Shown piece by piece: positions 1 through 13,069 of a stretch of 64,000 nucleotides of DNA. Source of the stretch: Convolutriloba macropyga (taxonomy: Eukaryota); contig NC_134477.1 of the NCBI RefSeq assembly GCF_964194025.1, forward strand, positions 45,446,001 to 45,510,000, read 5' to 3'. A model generated the notes under the pieces. That model saw only the letters and a program-made list of their open reading frames with translations. It did not search any database and was not told where the DNA came from. Positions within the stretch are counted from its first letter, which is position 1; each line of letters starts with the position of its first letter. Made by a program: the position numbers and the translations under genes.

Positions 1-3000
1 TTAGATGATGGAACTTTAAGGGATGATTCCAAAATTGTGTTGGAAGATCTTAAACGGGTTTTCAGCTTAGGAAAAGAACTAGATTTGATTCTAATTTTTG
101 CTAAATGTGATCTCTGTTTTTGAGGGAAATCCTACTGTCATGCAGCATAACACAACTTTGCAACAGTTTCAAAACGTTTGTCCGATATAAAATTGACGGC
201 TAAAGACCGGCTTGCTGTTGCAGGAGCTCCGCTTGGAGATGCAGTTAAGCGCCATCATTTGTCTACTCAAATCAAAGAACCTGATAAAAAATCAAACAGT
301 GTTGAGCATCTAGACACACTTCATGATCCTTATCTTCTGCAAAACTGTTTTAGCGTACCCAAATTGTATTTTTTTGAGAAAAGTACTTGTTTTGCTGAAA
401 AAACCCTATCGAAACATTATGATGATAGTTGGAATGAATCTCTTAGCAAAGTAAAAAATATGTTTTTCACTGATATTCTGCTCACTCAGTCAGTTCTTCC
501 GTCCTAACAGAGAAGTATAGGTGTTTCTTCTAAGCAACCACTTGCTGTTCCCTTTTTAAGCTCCAGCAGTAGGTGCCCATAAAGCACTGGAACAGCAGTT
601 TGCAGAGAAGTTCGAAGACAGAAAATTCAGTTTTAGACTGGAAGAGTGGTATGCAGTAAATGGATCCTTTGAAGCACCAGACAACGAAAACTAGAACAAT
701 TGGTCTGAGTTTATCTATCAAATATTCCGTACCGATTTGTTGCCTAAGTTTAGGCGAGGACGGAGTGAAACGGTTAAACACCTATCCAGATGAACTTGCG
801 TACAATGGCTAAATGAAACACTTTGCAAAACCCTTAGTTTTAAGTTTTCAAATCAATGATTAAGATTTTCTGTAGGGCTTTGATTGGGTGCTAAAATTTG
901 CGAGTGTCACTTATAAGTTTGTGGTGAGAAAATGCTTTCTAAACTTCTGAAGCGTAGTTTTAACCTTATTCCTTCCCTTGAAAAGATAGACATTCTTATA
1001 GCCATCGTCAACGACATTAACGAAATTATATCGTCTTTTCCTAATGGGTCTGGCTTTGGTCCCAATGGCTTGTCTCCTCATGTTTTTGAAAGACCTATTT
1101 TCTTAAGTCTAATGGAAGTGCTGGGCTCGAGTTTCTAAAAAATCTAATCAAACTGGTGAAAAAAATGCTTTCTAAACTTCTGAAGCGTAGTTCTATCCTT
1201 GTTCCTTCCCTTAAAAATTTAGACATTTTTATAGCCATCGTGTACGACAATTACAAAGGAGTTGTTGCAAAGTGCTCTAAATCCAAAGTCTCAGATGAAC
1301 AACAGAATTTTTTTGGAAAAACCCAAGTTGGATGTGGCACTCGCAAAGAAGCAGAACGGCCCTTAATTTTCAAAACCTAATTGAAATGCCTTCTCCAAAA
1401 ACGCCTAATTTGCTTAATTTATATCTTAAAAATGCATTTCATTCCGTGAACCGTGAGACTATGTCAAAAAATGAGCATTTTATAAAACCCAGTGTAATTT
1501 CTTTTGCTTTTGCAGCCTACAGCAAGCCTAGTGTCCTAATTTACGGCGATATAGTCATCTCATCTGATAAGATGACGCAGCAAGAGCATCCTGAGGCCCC
1601 TCTCATTTTTGCAGAGATAATTTAAGTACCCGTGAGTGATATGCGGTCAAAAGTTAAGGAATAGAAGTTAGTTGATGGAACATTAACGGATGATTCCAAA
1701 ATTGTGTCGGAAGATCTTGAACGGGTTTTGAGCTTAGAAAAAGAACTTGATTTGATTCCAAAATTTGCTAAATGTGATCTCTGTTTTTTTTGGGGAATCC
1801 TACTGTCATACAGCATAACACAACTTTGCAACAATTTCAAAACATTTGTCCGATAAAAAATTGACGGCTAAAGACCGGCTTGCTGTTGCAGGAGCTCCGC
1901 TTAGAGATGCAGTTAAGCGCGACCATTTCTCTACTTAGATCGATGCTTTGTACCGATTTGTTGCCTATGTTTAGGTGAGGACGGTGTGAAACAGTTAAAC
2001 ACCTATCCAGATAAACTTGCGCTACAATGGCTAAATGAAGCACTTTGCAAAACCCTTAATCTTAAATTTTCAAATCAATGGTTAATATTTCCTGTAGGGC
2101 TTCGCTTGGTTGCTAAAATTTGCGAGCGTCACTTAGGTGTTTGTGGTGAGAAAATGCTTTCTAGATTTCTGAAGCGTAGTTCTATCCTTGTTCCTTCCCT
2201 TAAAAATATAGACATTTTTATATCCATCGTGTACTACATTTACGAAAGTGTATCATCTTTTCCTAATGGGTCTGGCTTCGGTCTTAATGGCTTGGCTCCT
2301 CATGTTTTTGAAAGACCTTTTGTTAAGCCTAATGGAATTGCTGGGCTCGAGTTTCTAAAAAACCTATCAAATCTGGTGAATAAAATTGCAAATAACAAAG
2401 TCCCAGAAAACATTGGACTGTTTTTTTTCGAGCAAGAATAATCCCGTTAGTTAAAAAGTATGGTCGTCTACGGCCCAATGCGATAGGCACCAACTTGCGA
2501 AGGGTTGTTGCAAAGTGTGCTGATTCCAAATCTCAGATGAATAACAGAAATTTTTTTGGAAAAACCCAAGTTGGATGTGGCACTCGCAAAGGAGCAGAAC
2601 GGCCCATATTTTTCAAAACATAATTGAAATGGCTTCTCCTAAAACGCATTATTTGCTTAATTTTGATCTCAAAAATGAATTTATTTCCGTGAACCGTGAG
2701 AATATGTCAAAAAATGGGCATTTTATATAACCCAGTGTAATTTCCTTTGCTTTTGCAGCCTACAGCAAGCCTAGTTTCTTGATTTACGGCGATATAGTCA
2801 TCTCATCTGAAGAGGGGACGCAGCAAGGGCATCCTGAAGCCCCTCTCATTTTTGCAGAGATAGTTTAAGTACCTGTGAATGATATGCGGTCAAAAGATAA
2901 GGAATAGAGGTTAGATGATGGAACTTCATCGGATGATTCCAAAATTGAGTTGGAAGATCTTAAACGGGTTTTGAGCTTAGAAAAAGAACTTGATTTGATT

Positions 3001-6000
3001 CTAATTTTTGCTAAATGTGATCTCTGTTTTTTTGGGGAATCCTACTGTCATGCAGCATAACACAACTTTGCAACAATTCAAAACGTTTGTCCAATATAAA
3101 ATTGACGGCTAAAGACCGGCTTGCTGTTGCAGGAGCTCCGCTTGGAGATGCAGTTAAGCGCCACCATTTGTCTACTCAAATCAAAGAACCTGATAAAAAA
3201 TCAAACAATGTTGAGCATCTAGACACACTTCATGATCCTTATCTTCTGGAAAACTGTCTTAGCGTGCCCAAATTGTACTTTTTTTAGAAAAGTACTTGTT
3301 TTGCTGAAAAAACCCTTTGAAACATTATAATGATAGTTGGAATGAATCTCTTAGCAAAGTAAAAAATGTGTTTTTCACTGATATTCTGCTCACTCAGTCA
3401 GTTCTTCCTTCCTAACAGAGTAGTTTATGTGTTTCTTCTGTGCAACCACTTGCTGTTCCCTTTTTTAAGCTCCAGCAGTAGGTGCCCATGAAGCACTGGA
3501 ACAGCAGTTTGCAGAGAAGTTCGAAGACAAAGAGTTCATTTTTGGACTGGAAGAGTGGTATGCAGTAAATGGAACCTTTGAAGCACCAGACAACAAAAAT
3601 CAAAAGAAATGGTGTAAGTTTATCTATCAAAAGTTTTGTACCGATTTGTTGCCTAAGTTTAGGTGAGGACGGACTGAAACAGTTAAACACCTATCCAGAT
3701 AAACTTGCGCTACAATGGCTAAACGAAGCACTTTGCAAAACCCTTAATCTTAAATTTTCAAATCAATGGTTAATATTTTCTGTAGGGCTTCGCTTGGTTG
3801 CTAAAATTTGCGAGCGTCACTTAGGTGTTTGTGGTGAGAAAATGTTTCTAGATTTCTGAAGCGTAGTTCTATCCTTGTTCCTTCCCTTAAAATTATAGAC
3901 ATTTTTATATTCATCGTGTACGACATTTACGAAAGTGTATCATCTTTTCCTAATGGGTCTGGCTTCGGTCCCAATGGCTTGGATCCTCATGTTTTTGAAA
4001 GACCTTTTTTTAAGCCTAATGGAAGTGCTGGGCTCGAGTTTCTAAAAAATCTAACAAATCTGGTGAATAAAGTTGCAAATAACAAAGTCCCAGAAAACAT
4101 TAGACCGTTTTTTTCGAGCAAAAATAATCGCGTTGGTTAAAAAATTTTGTCGTCTACGGCCCAATGCGATAGGCACCAACTTGCGAAGAGTTGTTGCAAA
4201 GTGCACTGATTCCAAAATCTCAGATGAACAACAGGAATTTTTTGGAAAAACCCAAGTTGGATGTGGCACTCGCAAAGGAGCAGAACAGCCCATATTTTTC
4301 AAAACATAATTGAAATGCCTTCTCCTCAAACGCATTATTTGCTTAATTTTGATTTTAAAAATGCATTTAATTCCGTGAACCGTGAGACTATGTCAAAAAA
4401 TGTGCATTTTTTAAAACCCAGTGTAGTTTCTTTTGCTTTTGCAGCCTACAGCAAGCCTGGTTTCTTGATTTACGGCAATATAGTCGTCTCATCTGAAGAG
4501 GGGACGCAGCAAGGGCATCCTGAAGCCCCTCTCATTTTTGCAGAGATAATTTAAGTACCTGTGAATGATATGCGGTCAAAAGATAAGGAATAGAGGTTAG
4601 ATGATGGAATTTTATCGAATGATTCCAAAATTGTGTTGGAAGATCCTAAACGGGTTTTGAGCTTAGAAAAAGAACTTGATTTGATTCCAAATTTTGCTAA
4701 ATGTGATCTCTGTTTTTTTGGGAAATCCTACTGTCATGCAGCATAACACAACTTTGCAACAATTTCAAAACGTTTGTCCGATATAAAATTGACGGCTAAA
4801 GACCGGCTTGCTGTTGCAGGAGCTCCGCTTGGAGATGCAGTTAAGCGCCACCATTTGTCTACTCAAATCAAAGAACCTGATAAAAAATCAAACAGTGTTG
4901 AGCATCTAGACACACTTCATGATCCTTATCTTCTGCAAAACTGTTTTAGCGTACCCAAATTGTATTTTTTTGAGCAAAGTACTTGTTTTGCTGAAAAAAC
5001 CCTATTGAAACATTATGATGATAGTTGGAATGAATCTCTTAGCAAAGTAAAAAATATGTTTTTCACTGATATTCTGCTCACTCAGTCAGTTCTTCCGTCC
5101 TAACAGAGAAGTATAGGTGTTTCTTCTAAGCAACCACTTCTTAGCAACCACAGTTAAGCGCGACCATTTCTCTACTTAGATCGATGTTTTGTACCGATTT
5201 GTTGCCTAAGTTTAGGTGAGGACGGTGTGAAACAGTTAAACACCTATCCAGATAAACTTGCGCTACAATGGCTAAATGAAGCACTTTGCAAAACCCTTAA
5301 TATTAAATTTTCAAATCAAAGGTTAATATTTCCTGTAGGGCTTCGCTTTGTTGCTAAAATTTGCGAGCGTCACTTAGGTGTTTGTGGTGAGAAAATGCTT
5401 TCTATATTTCTGAAGCGTAGTTCTATCCTTGTTCCTTCCCTTAAAAATATAGACATTTTTATATCCATCGTGTACTACATTTACGAAAGTGTATCATCTT
5501 TTCCTAATGGGTCTGGCTTCGGTTCCAATGGCTTGGATCCTCATGTTTTTGAAAGACCTTTTTTTAAGCCTAATGGAAGTGCTGAGCTCGAGTTTATAAA
5601 AAATCTAACAAATCTGGTGAATAAAATTGCAAATAACAAAGTCCCAGAAAACATTAGACCGTTTTTTCGAGCAAGAATAATCGCGTTAGTTAAAAAATAA
5701 TGTCGTCAACGGGCCAATGCGATAGGCACCAACTTAAGAAGAGTTGTTGCAAAGTGCGCTGATTCCAAAGTCTCAGATGAACAACAGGATTTTTTTGGAA
5801 AAACCCAAGTTGGATGTGGCACTCGCAAAGGATCAGAACGGCCCATATTTTTCAAAACATAATTGAAAAGACTTCACCTAAAGTGCATTATTTGCTTAGT
5901 TTTGATTTTAAAAATGCATTTAATTCCGTGAACCGTGAGAATATGTCAAAAAATAAGCATTTTATAAAACCCAGTGTAATTTTTTTTGCTTTTGCAGCCT

Positions 6001-8783
6001 ACAGCAAGCCTAGTTTCTTGATTTACGGCGATATAGTCATCTCATCTGAAGAGGCGACGCAGCAACTGCATCCTGAAGCACCTCTCATTTTTGCAGAGGT
6101 AATTTAAGTAACTGTGAATGATATGCGGTCAAAAGATAAGGAATAGAGGTTAGATGATGGAACTTTAACGGATGATTCCAAAATTGTGTTGAAAAAGATC
6201 TTAAACGGGTTTTGAGCTTAGAAAAAGAACTTGATTTGATTCTAATTTTTGCTAAATGTGATCTCTGTTTTTGTTGGAAATACTACTGTCATGCAGCTTT
6301 ACACAATTTTGCAACAATTTCAAAATTTTTGTCCGATATAAAATTGACGCCTAAAGACCGGCTTGCTGTTGCAGGTGCTTCGATTGGCGATGCAGTTAAG
6401 CGCGACCGCTTGTCTACTTAAATCGAAGAACTTGATGAAATATCAAAGAGTGTTGAGCATCTAGACACACTTCATGACTTTTATGTTCTGCAAAACTGTT
6501 TTAGAATGCTCAAATGGTTGTGTATTTTCGGAAAAGTACTTGTTTTGCTGAAAAAACTCTATTGAAACAGTATGATGATAGTTGGAAAAAATCTCTTCGC
6601 AGAGTAAAAAATGTGTTTTTCACTGATATTTTGTTCACTTAGTCAGTTCTTCCGTCCTAACAGAGAATTTTAGATGTTTCTTCTGAGCACCCACTTGCTG
6701 TTCCCTTTTTTAAGCTCCAGCAGTAGGTGCCCATGAAGTACTGGAACAGCAGTTTGCAGAGAAGTTCGAAGACAAAGAGTTCAGTTTTGGCCTGGAAGAA
6801 TGGTATGCAGTAAATGGAACCTTTGAAGCACCAGACAACGAAAATCAAAAGAATTGGCGTAAGTTTATCTATCAAAAGTTTTGTCCCGATTTGTTGCCTA
6901 AGTTTAGGTGAGGACGGAGTGAAACAGTTAAACACCTATCCAGATAAACTTGCGCTACAATGGCTAAATGAAGCACTTTGCAAAACCCTTAATCTTAAAA
7001 TTTCAAATCAATGGTTAATATTTTCTGTAGGGCTTCCCTTGGGTGCTAAAATTTGCGAGCGTCACTTAAGTGTTGGTGGTGAGAAAATGCTTTCTAAATT
7101 TCTGAAGCGTAGTTCTATCCTTGTTCCTTCCATTAAAAATATAGACATTTTTATAGCCATCGTGTACGACATTTACGAAATTAAATCATCTTTTCCTAAT
7201 GGGTCTGGCTTCGGTCCCAATGGCTTGGCTCCTCATGTTTTTGAAAGACCTTTTTTTAAGCCTAATAGAAGTGCTGGGCTCGAGTTTCTAAAAAAACTAA
7301 CAAACTGATGAGTAAAATTGCAAATAACAAAGTCCCAGAAAACATTAGACCCTTTTTTTCGAGCAAGAATAATCGCGTTAGTTAAAAAATGTGGTCGTCT
7401 ACGGCCCAATGCGATAGGCACCAACTTGCGAAGAGTTGTTGCAAAGTGCGCTGATTCCAAAGTCTCAGATGAACAACAGGAATTTTTGGAAAAAACCAAG
7501 TTGGATGTGGCACTCGCAAAGGAGCAGAACAGCCCATATTTTTCAAATAATAATTGAAATGCCTTCTCCTCAAACGCATTATTTGCTTAATATTTATTTT
7601 AAAAATGCATTTAATTCCGTGAACCGTGAGACTATGTCAAAAAATGTGCATTTTATAAAACCCAGTGTAATTTCTTTTGCTTTTGCAGCCTACAGCAAGC
7701 CTGGTTTCTTGATTTACGGCGATATAGTTGTCTCATCTGAAGAGGGGACGCAGCAAGGGCATCCTGAAGCCTCTCTCATTTTTGCAGAGATAATTTAAGT
7801 ACCTGTGAATGATATGCGGTCAAAAGATAAGGAATAGAGGTTAGTTGATGGAACTTTATCGGATGATTCCAAAATTGTGTTGGAAGATCTTAAACGGGTT
7901 TTGAGCTTAGAAAAAGAACTTGATTTGATTCTAATTTTTGCTAAATGTGATCTCTGTTTTTGTGGGAAATCCTACTGTCATGCAGCTTTACAGAATTTTG
8001 CAACAATTTCAAAACGTTTGTCCGATATCAAATTGACGGCTAAAAACCGGCTTGCTGTTGCAGGTGCTCCGCTTGGAGATGCAGTTAAGCGCGACCATTT
8101 GTCTACTTAAATCGAAGAACTTGATAAAATATCAAACATTAATGAGCATCTAGACACACTTCATGAACTTTATCTTCTGCAAAACTGTTTTAGCATGCCC
8201 AAATTTTTGTGTTTTTTGAGAAAAGTACTTGTTTTGCTGAAAAAACTCTATTGAAACAGTATAATTATATGGAAAGAATCTCTTAGCAAAGTAAAAAAAA
8301 TGTGTTTTTCACTGATATCCTGTTCACTCAGTCAGTTCTTCCGTCCTAACAGAGTAGATTAGGTGCTTATTTTGTGCAACCAATTGCTGTTCCTTTTTCT
8401 TAGCTCCAGCAGTAGGTGCCCATGAAGCACTGGAACATCAGTTTGCAGAGGAGTTCGAAGACAAAGAGTTCAGTTTTGGCCTAGAAGAGTGGTATGCAGT
8501 AAATGGAATCTTTGAAGCACCAGACAACGAAAATTAGAAGAACAATTGGTCTAAGTTTATCTATCAAAAATTTCGTACCGATTTGTTGCCTAAGTTTAGG
8601 CGAGGACGGAGTGCAACGTTAAAACACCAATCCAGATAAACTTGCTTGACTATGGCTAATTGAAACACTTTGCAGAGCCCTTAGTCTTAAGTTTTCAAAT
8701 CAATGGTTAAGATTTTCTGAAAGGCTTTGCTTGAGTGCTAAAATTTGCGAGCGTCACTTATTTGTTTTTGTGGCGAGAAAAAG
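1..8783 (+). repeat. Tandem array of ~1.69-kb units derived from the RT region of a CRE-clade non-LTR retrotransposon (continues off the left edge)
   Basis: The unit junction (tgtggtgagaaaatg|ctttcta) recurs at 935, 2157, 3845, 5398, 7090 and 8784. The catalytic LDDG/LVDG codons recur at 1, 1668, 2911, 4597, 6150, 7841 and 9537. Fragmented ORFs give SFPNGSGFGPNGL, RPNAIGTNLRRVVAKC, QVGCGTRKGAE, DFKNAFNSVNR and SEEGTQQGHPEAPLIFA, matching CRE-type RT motifs. Every unit has stops and frameshifts. Confidence 0.93.
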
Positions 8784-11001
8784 CTTTCTAAACTTCTGAA
8801 GCGTTGTTCTGTCTTTGTTCCTTCCCTTAAAAATATAGACATTTTTATAGCCATCGTGTACGACATTTACAAAAGTGTATCATCTTTTCCTAATGGGTCT
8901 GGCTTCGGTCCCAATGGCTTGGATCCTCATGTTTTTGAAAGACCTTTTTTTAAGCCTAATGGAAGTGCTGGGCTCGAGTTTTTAAAAAATCTAACAAATC
9001 TGGTGATTAAAATTGCAAATAACTAAGTCCCAGAAAACATTAGACCGTTTTTTTCGAGCAAGAATAATCGCGTTAGTTAAAAAAGATGGTCGTCTACGGC
9101 CCAATGCGAAGGTCGCCAACTTGGGAATAGTTGTTGCAAAGTGCGCTGAATCCAAAGTTTCAGATGAACAACAGGAATTTTTTTGGAAAAACCCAAGTTG
9201 GATGTGGCAATCGCAAAGGAGCAGAACGGCCAATTTTTTTCGAAACATACTTGAAAAGCCCTCTCCTAAACCGCGTGACTTGGTAAAGTTGAATTTTAAA
9301 AATGCATTCAAATCCGGGAAACGTGAGACTATGTCAAAAAATGTGCATGTTATAAAACTCGATGTGTTTTCTTTTGATTTTTCAGCCTTCAGCAAGCCTA
9401 GTTACCTGATTTACGGCGATACAATCATCTCATCTGAAGAGGGACACAGCAGGGGCATCTTGAAGCCCCTCCCGTTTTTGCAAAGATAATTCACGCACTT
9501 GTGAATGATGTGCATTACAAAATTAGAGAAGAGTGCTTAGATGATGGAATTTTAACCGATGATTACAAAAGTTGGAAGTTCTTAAGCAGGTTATGAGTTC
9601 AGCAAAAGATCTTGGTTCGAGTCTAAAGGTTGCTAAATGTGAGCACTTTTTTCTGGGAAATCCTACTGTGTGCATCATAACACACTTCTGTAACAATTTC
9701 AAAACGTGTGTCCGGTCATAAAAGTGACGGCTAAAGACCAGCTTGTTATTGCAGATGCGCCGCTTAGAGATGCAGTAAGGCGCGACCATTTGTCTACTAA
9801 AAGCGAAATACTTGATAAAAAATCGAACAGTGTTGAGCATCTAGACGCACTCTACTCTATGGTTTTATCTCCTTTGAAACTGTTTTAGCCTGCGCAAATT
9901 GTTGTGTTTTTTTGAGAACAAGTACCTGTTTTGCTGAAAAAGACCTACTGAAACGGTATGATGGTATATTGAAAAATGCTCTTAGCAATGCAGAAATTGT
10001 GTTTTTTACTGATACTCTGTTCACTCAGTCAGTTCTTCCGTCCAGACAGAGCGGTTTAAGTGTTTCTTCAGCGCAACTACTTGCTCTTCCCGCTTTTCAA
10101 ACTTCAGCAGTCGCTGCCATTGAAGCACTGGAACATCAATTTGAAGACGAGATTGAAGACAAAGAGTTTATTTGTGACCTCGAAGAGTGGTAACAGGAAC
10201 CCTCCCTTGAAGCACAAGAAAACAAACATCAAAAATATTGATCTAAGGATTTGTATAAAAAAGTTCTTGCCAATTTGTTGCTTAAATTAGGCTGGGACGG
10301 CGTTAAACAGTTAAGCGCTTTTCCAGAAAAATTTGAGTCAGAATGACTAAATGAAATACCATGCAAAAATCCTAATTTTAAGTTGTCGAGTCAACAGTTG
10401 AAAATTTCTGCAGGACCTCGCTGGTATGCTAAAATTTGCGCGCTTCAATTTTTTGTTAAAAAAGTGGAAGCCTCGGTATTTCGTGAGCTTTCTTTTGTAA
10501 GGAGTGCAGGGAGATTCTCACGTCACAATAATTTGCACTACCTGTATGAACCAACTCAAGCCTTTGTTCGTGTTCCCTCCCTCATCTCTACAGAACCGAT
10601 AACAAAAGACTTGATGTTATGACTCTTTTACCCGGGAAACAAAGCAGGCAAATTTTGTCGGATGTAACTGTGGTGGGTTCTTTGGCTGCCAGTTGTTTGT
10701 CTGATGGCTGCGTATCGCTGCAGCGAAAGCCGAGGAGAGACAAAACGACAAGTATAAAGGTCTTGTTGCCAAAATTTAATTGTTTCAGCTTTTGGCGTTT
10801 AAAATGCAAGGGTCTGCTGGACCGTCCACTGATGAGTTTGTCAAAGACCTATGTAAACCCCTCTGTATTTTGAATAATGAACCTATAGGTGGCAGCATTT
10901 TGAAACCGAGAATCTCCCTTGCAATGCAAATAGCTAAAGTGTCTAGTGTATTGCGTACTGTTAACAACAAAAGCACATTTGACGAGAATGTTTGGTTGTA
11001 A
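8784..11001 (+). mobile_element. Terminal, more divergent copy: decayed CRE-clade retrotransposon RT plus C-terminal Zn-knuckle/restriction-like endonuclease region
   Basis: Same RT motifs as the array units, then LPSRQSGLSVSSAQLLALPAF (9912-10193), SAGRFSRHNNLH, a P(W)xxGxxLxxDVTVV-like segment (10619-10680) and LKPRISLAMQIAKVSSVLRT ending at a stop at 11001. This is the typical CRE C-terminus. Confidence 0.85.
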
Positions 11002-11059
11002 TAATTTTCTGAAAATGTGTTTTTCAGCTGATGTTCGTAGCGCAGTTTCTGTGGCTGTT

Positions 11060-13060
11060 CTCATTCGGTCATTGTAATCGTTGCATTATTTTACTTTTGT
11101 TGAATTCCTTCTTTTGAATTGTTGAGCATGCCCGGAATTTTAGAATGTCAGGTCCTTTTGACAGACTGGAGTGTCTGGCGCTCCTAATGATACATTCTAG
11201 ACAGTCTAAATTAATAAGATTTGGAAGTTCTTTTGCTGTTTTTCATTCCTTTTACTATTTCATTCCATCTCTTTGAGTTGCACTCTCTTTCTTAAAATTT
11301 CACAGTCAATTGGAATTCAATTTCATTGACATGTTAACTTCAAAAAAACCACATGCGTGCATTTAGACAAATATTTGAGTGTTAGCCCCTGCTCCTGTTT
11401 TCATCCCTCGCTTTAAGTGCCGGCTCTCACTGCGCAATGTAAAAAGCTTTCAGTGTCATTAGTTTTTGGGAATCGTTGCACGGATCAAAAACCTGGCACT
11501 CAAAAGCTCGCAAAGAGCCACAACATTCGCTCACATTTTGTCCAACGGTGGAGTCTGCTTTTTGATGCTCCGAAAACCTTGTGGCGAGATGTCTGCAGGT
11601 TTGCCCGGCATAGGTGGAATTACGTCCGCTGCAAATTATCCGGTAAACCACATGAGACTTCAGACGCTTCAAAAACCCCGATTTTAATGTTCAAAAGTCT
11701 GTCTTGATTTTAAGATTTTTGACGATCACATTTACTTTTGCTGAATAATTTACTTTTTCCTCTAGCCTTAGGCAAAGGTTCCCTCTGTATTGCAGAAATG
11801 ACGATAGTTTTACATTGCTTATTTAATTACTCATTTGAGGTGTTTTGAATAACAGTCTGGTTCATTTTCTTTGGTTGTATTGAAATTTTTTGTAACGTTT
11901 CATTTACAACTTTTGAAGACAAACACTCCGGATATTCATTTTAGGCAATTTTTTGTGCACCTTTAAATCTTCATCAAAGTTGTTCCAATTACTCGTGCAG
12001 CGTAGTAGCCTATGGATTCTCCCTTCATTAACGTTGATCTTGTGTTTAAGGGGCGCACAACTTCCGAGATTAAGGATAGTACCATTGTCTGTTTGTTTTT
12101 GGTACCTTCACAATTTATCATTCTTTGTTCATTAACGTGTACTGCAATTTCCAAAATCATTAAATCGCGCTGATCAAGCTTCAAAAGAGAAATCGAAATT
12201 GGGATGCAGAGCGTTGACCTCTTGAAGCAATTTATTATAGTCGTCTTTTACGGTACAACAAAATTCAGTTACATATCTTTCAAAAAGTTTTCCTTTTCTG
12301 CCAGAGCCATCTACTGGCATATTTTTACAATTCAGAAATATCCGAATAATATTCCTTTATTTTTTGTATTACTCTTTGTCTATATTTTGGCATTTTATAT
12401 GGTACCAGTTCTCGCAATTTTCACACTCCACAGCCTTTTTGTTCCGAGCAATTTGTTATGGCAATCTGGACATTTTTTGGGATCCTTAATTCTCACACTT
12501 GTTGTTTGATTTTCGTCACTCAAGTTTTTTTTCAAAGATTGTATTCAAATGGTAGCTAAGATAACTGCAAGGGATGCCTCAATTGCCAGGCCGTCTTTCG
12601 GACAGTACCAGTTAACTTTATTTTTGAAAACAACATTGGGACTGCCAGTTTCAGTAAGAGCTTGAGTGCCGATTGTTCGATGTCCGATGCGTTGTCCATT
12701 GAGTATGAAGATCGCAGAGCTAATTCAATGGCCTCAGAAACTGGTACTTTTTATACAGATTTTTTACATCCGAAGAATTTAGTTGCTTGTTGTCCTCAAT
12801 GTCAATATTTTCACGTTTTTCTTTCGCTTGCAAAATGGAGCATTTGAAGTTTCCATCAGTCACTCGTATGTACTGCCTGTTATTGACAGAACAGGGCGCA
12901 AGTATTTGTCCTTCTCGTGCCCAAAAGCGCGACAAAAACATTTGGCTGATTGTCCAACATTTGAACTCAACTTATACTAAGTTTTCTCGCATATCAATAA
13001 CGTTAGATCAAGTCCGACACGTGTGATAAGGTCACTGGACTAAGTTTGATGCCACCAAGG
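11060..13060 (-). mobile_element. Decayed Penelope-like element (RT with PHD insert + C-terminal GIY-YIG endonuclease)
   Basis: Minus-strand translation gives SSDVKNLY (motif A, ~12770), DGLAIEASLAVILA (motif B', ~12560-12597), LFERYVT (decayed YVDD, ~12275) and LKSHVVYRIICSGRNSTYAGQTCRHLATRFSEH (GIY-YIG, 11427-11672). Confidence 0.88.
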
Positions 13061-13069
13061 CAACCTGAC

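Noticed and set aside
1-11001. Bacterial retron, DGR or multi-RT defence system, or CRISPR-like array
   Set aside because: Motifs and C-terminus are those of a eukaryotic CRE-type retrotransposon, all copies are broken, and there are no short repeats with unique spacers.
10990-11060. Spliced-leader RNA or microsatellite target at the CRE 3' end
   Set aside because: No recognisable SL/Sm motif, poly(A) or repeat target is visible.
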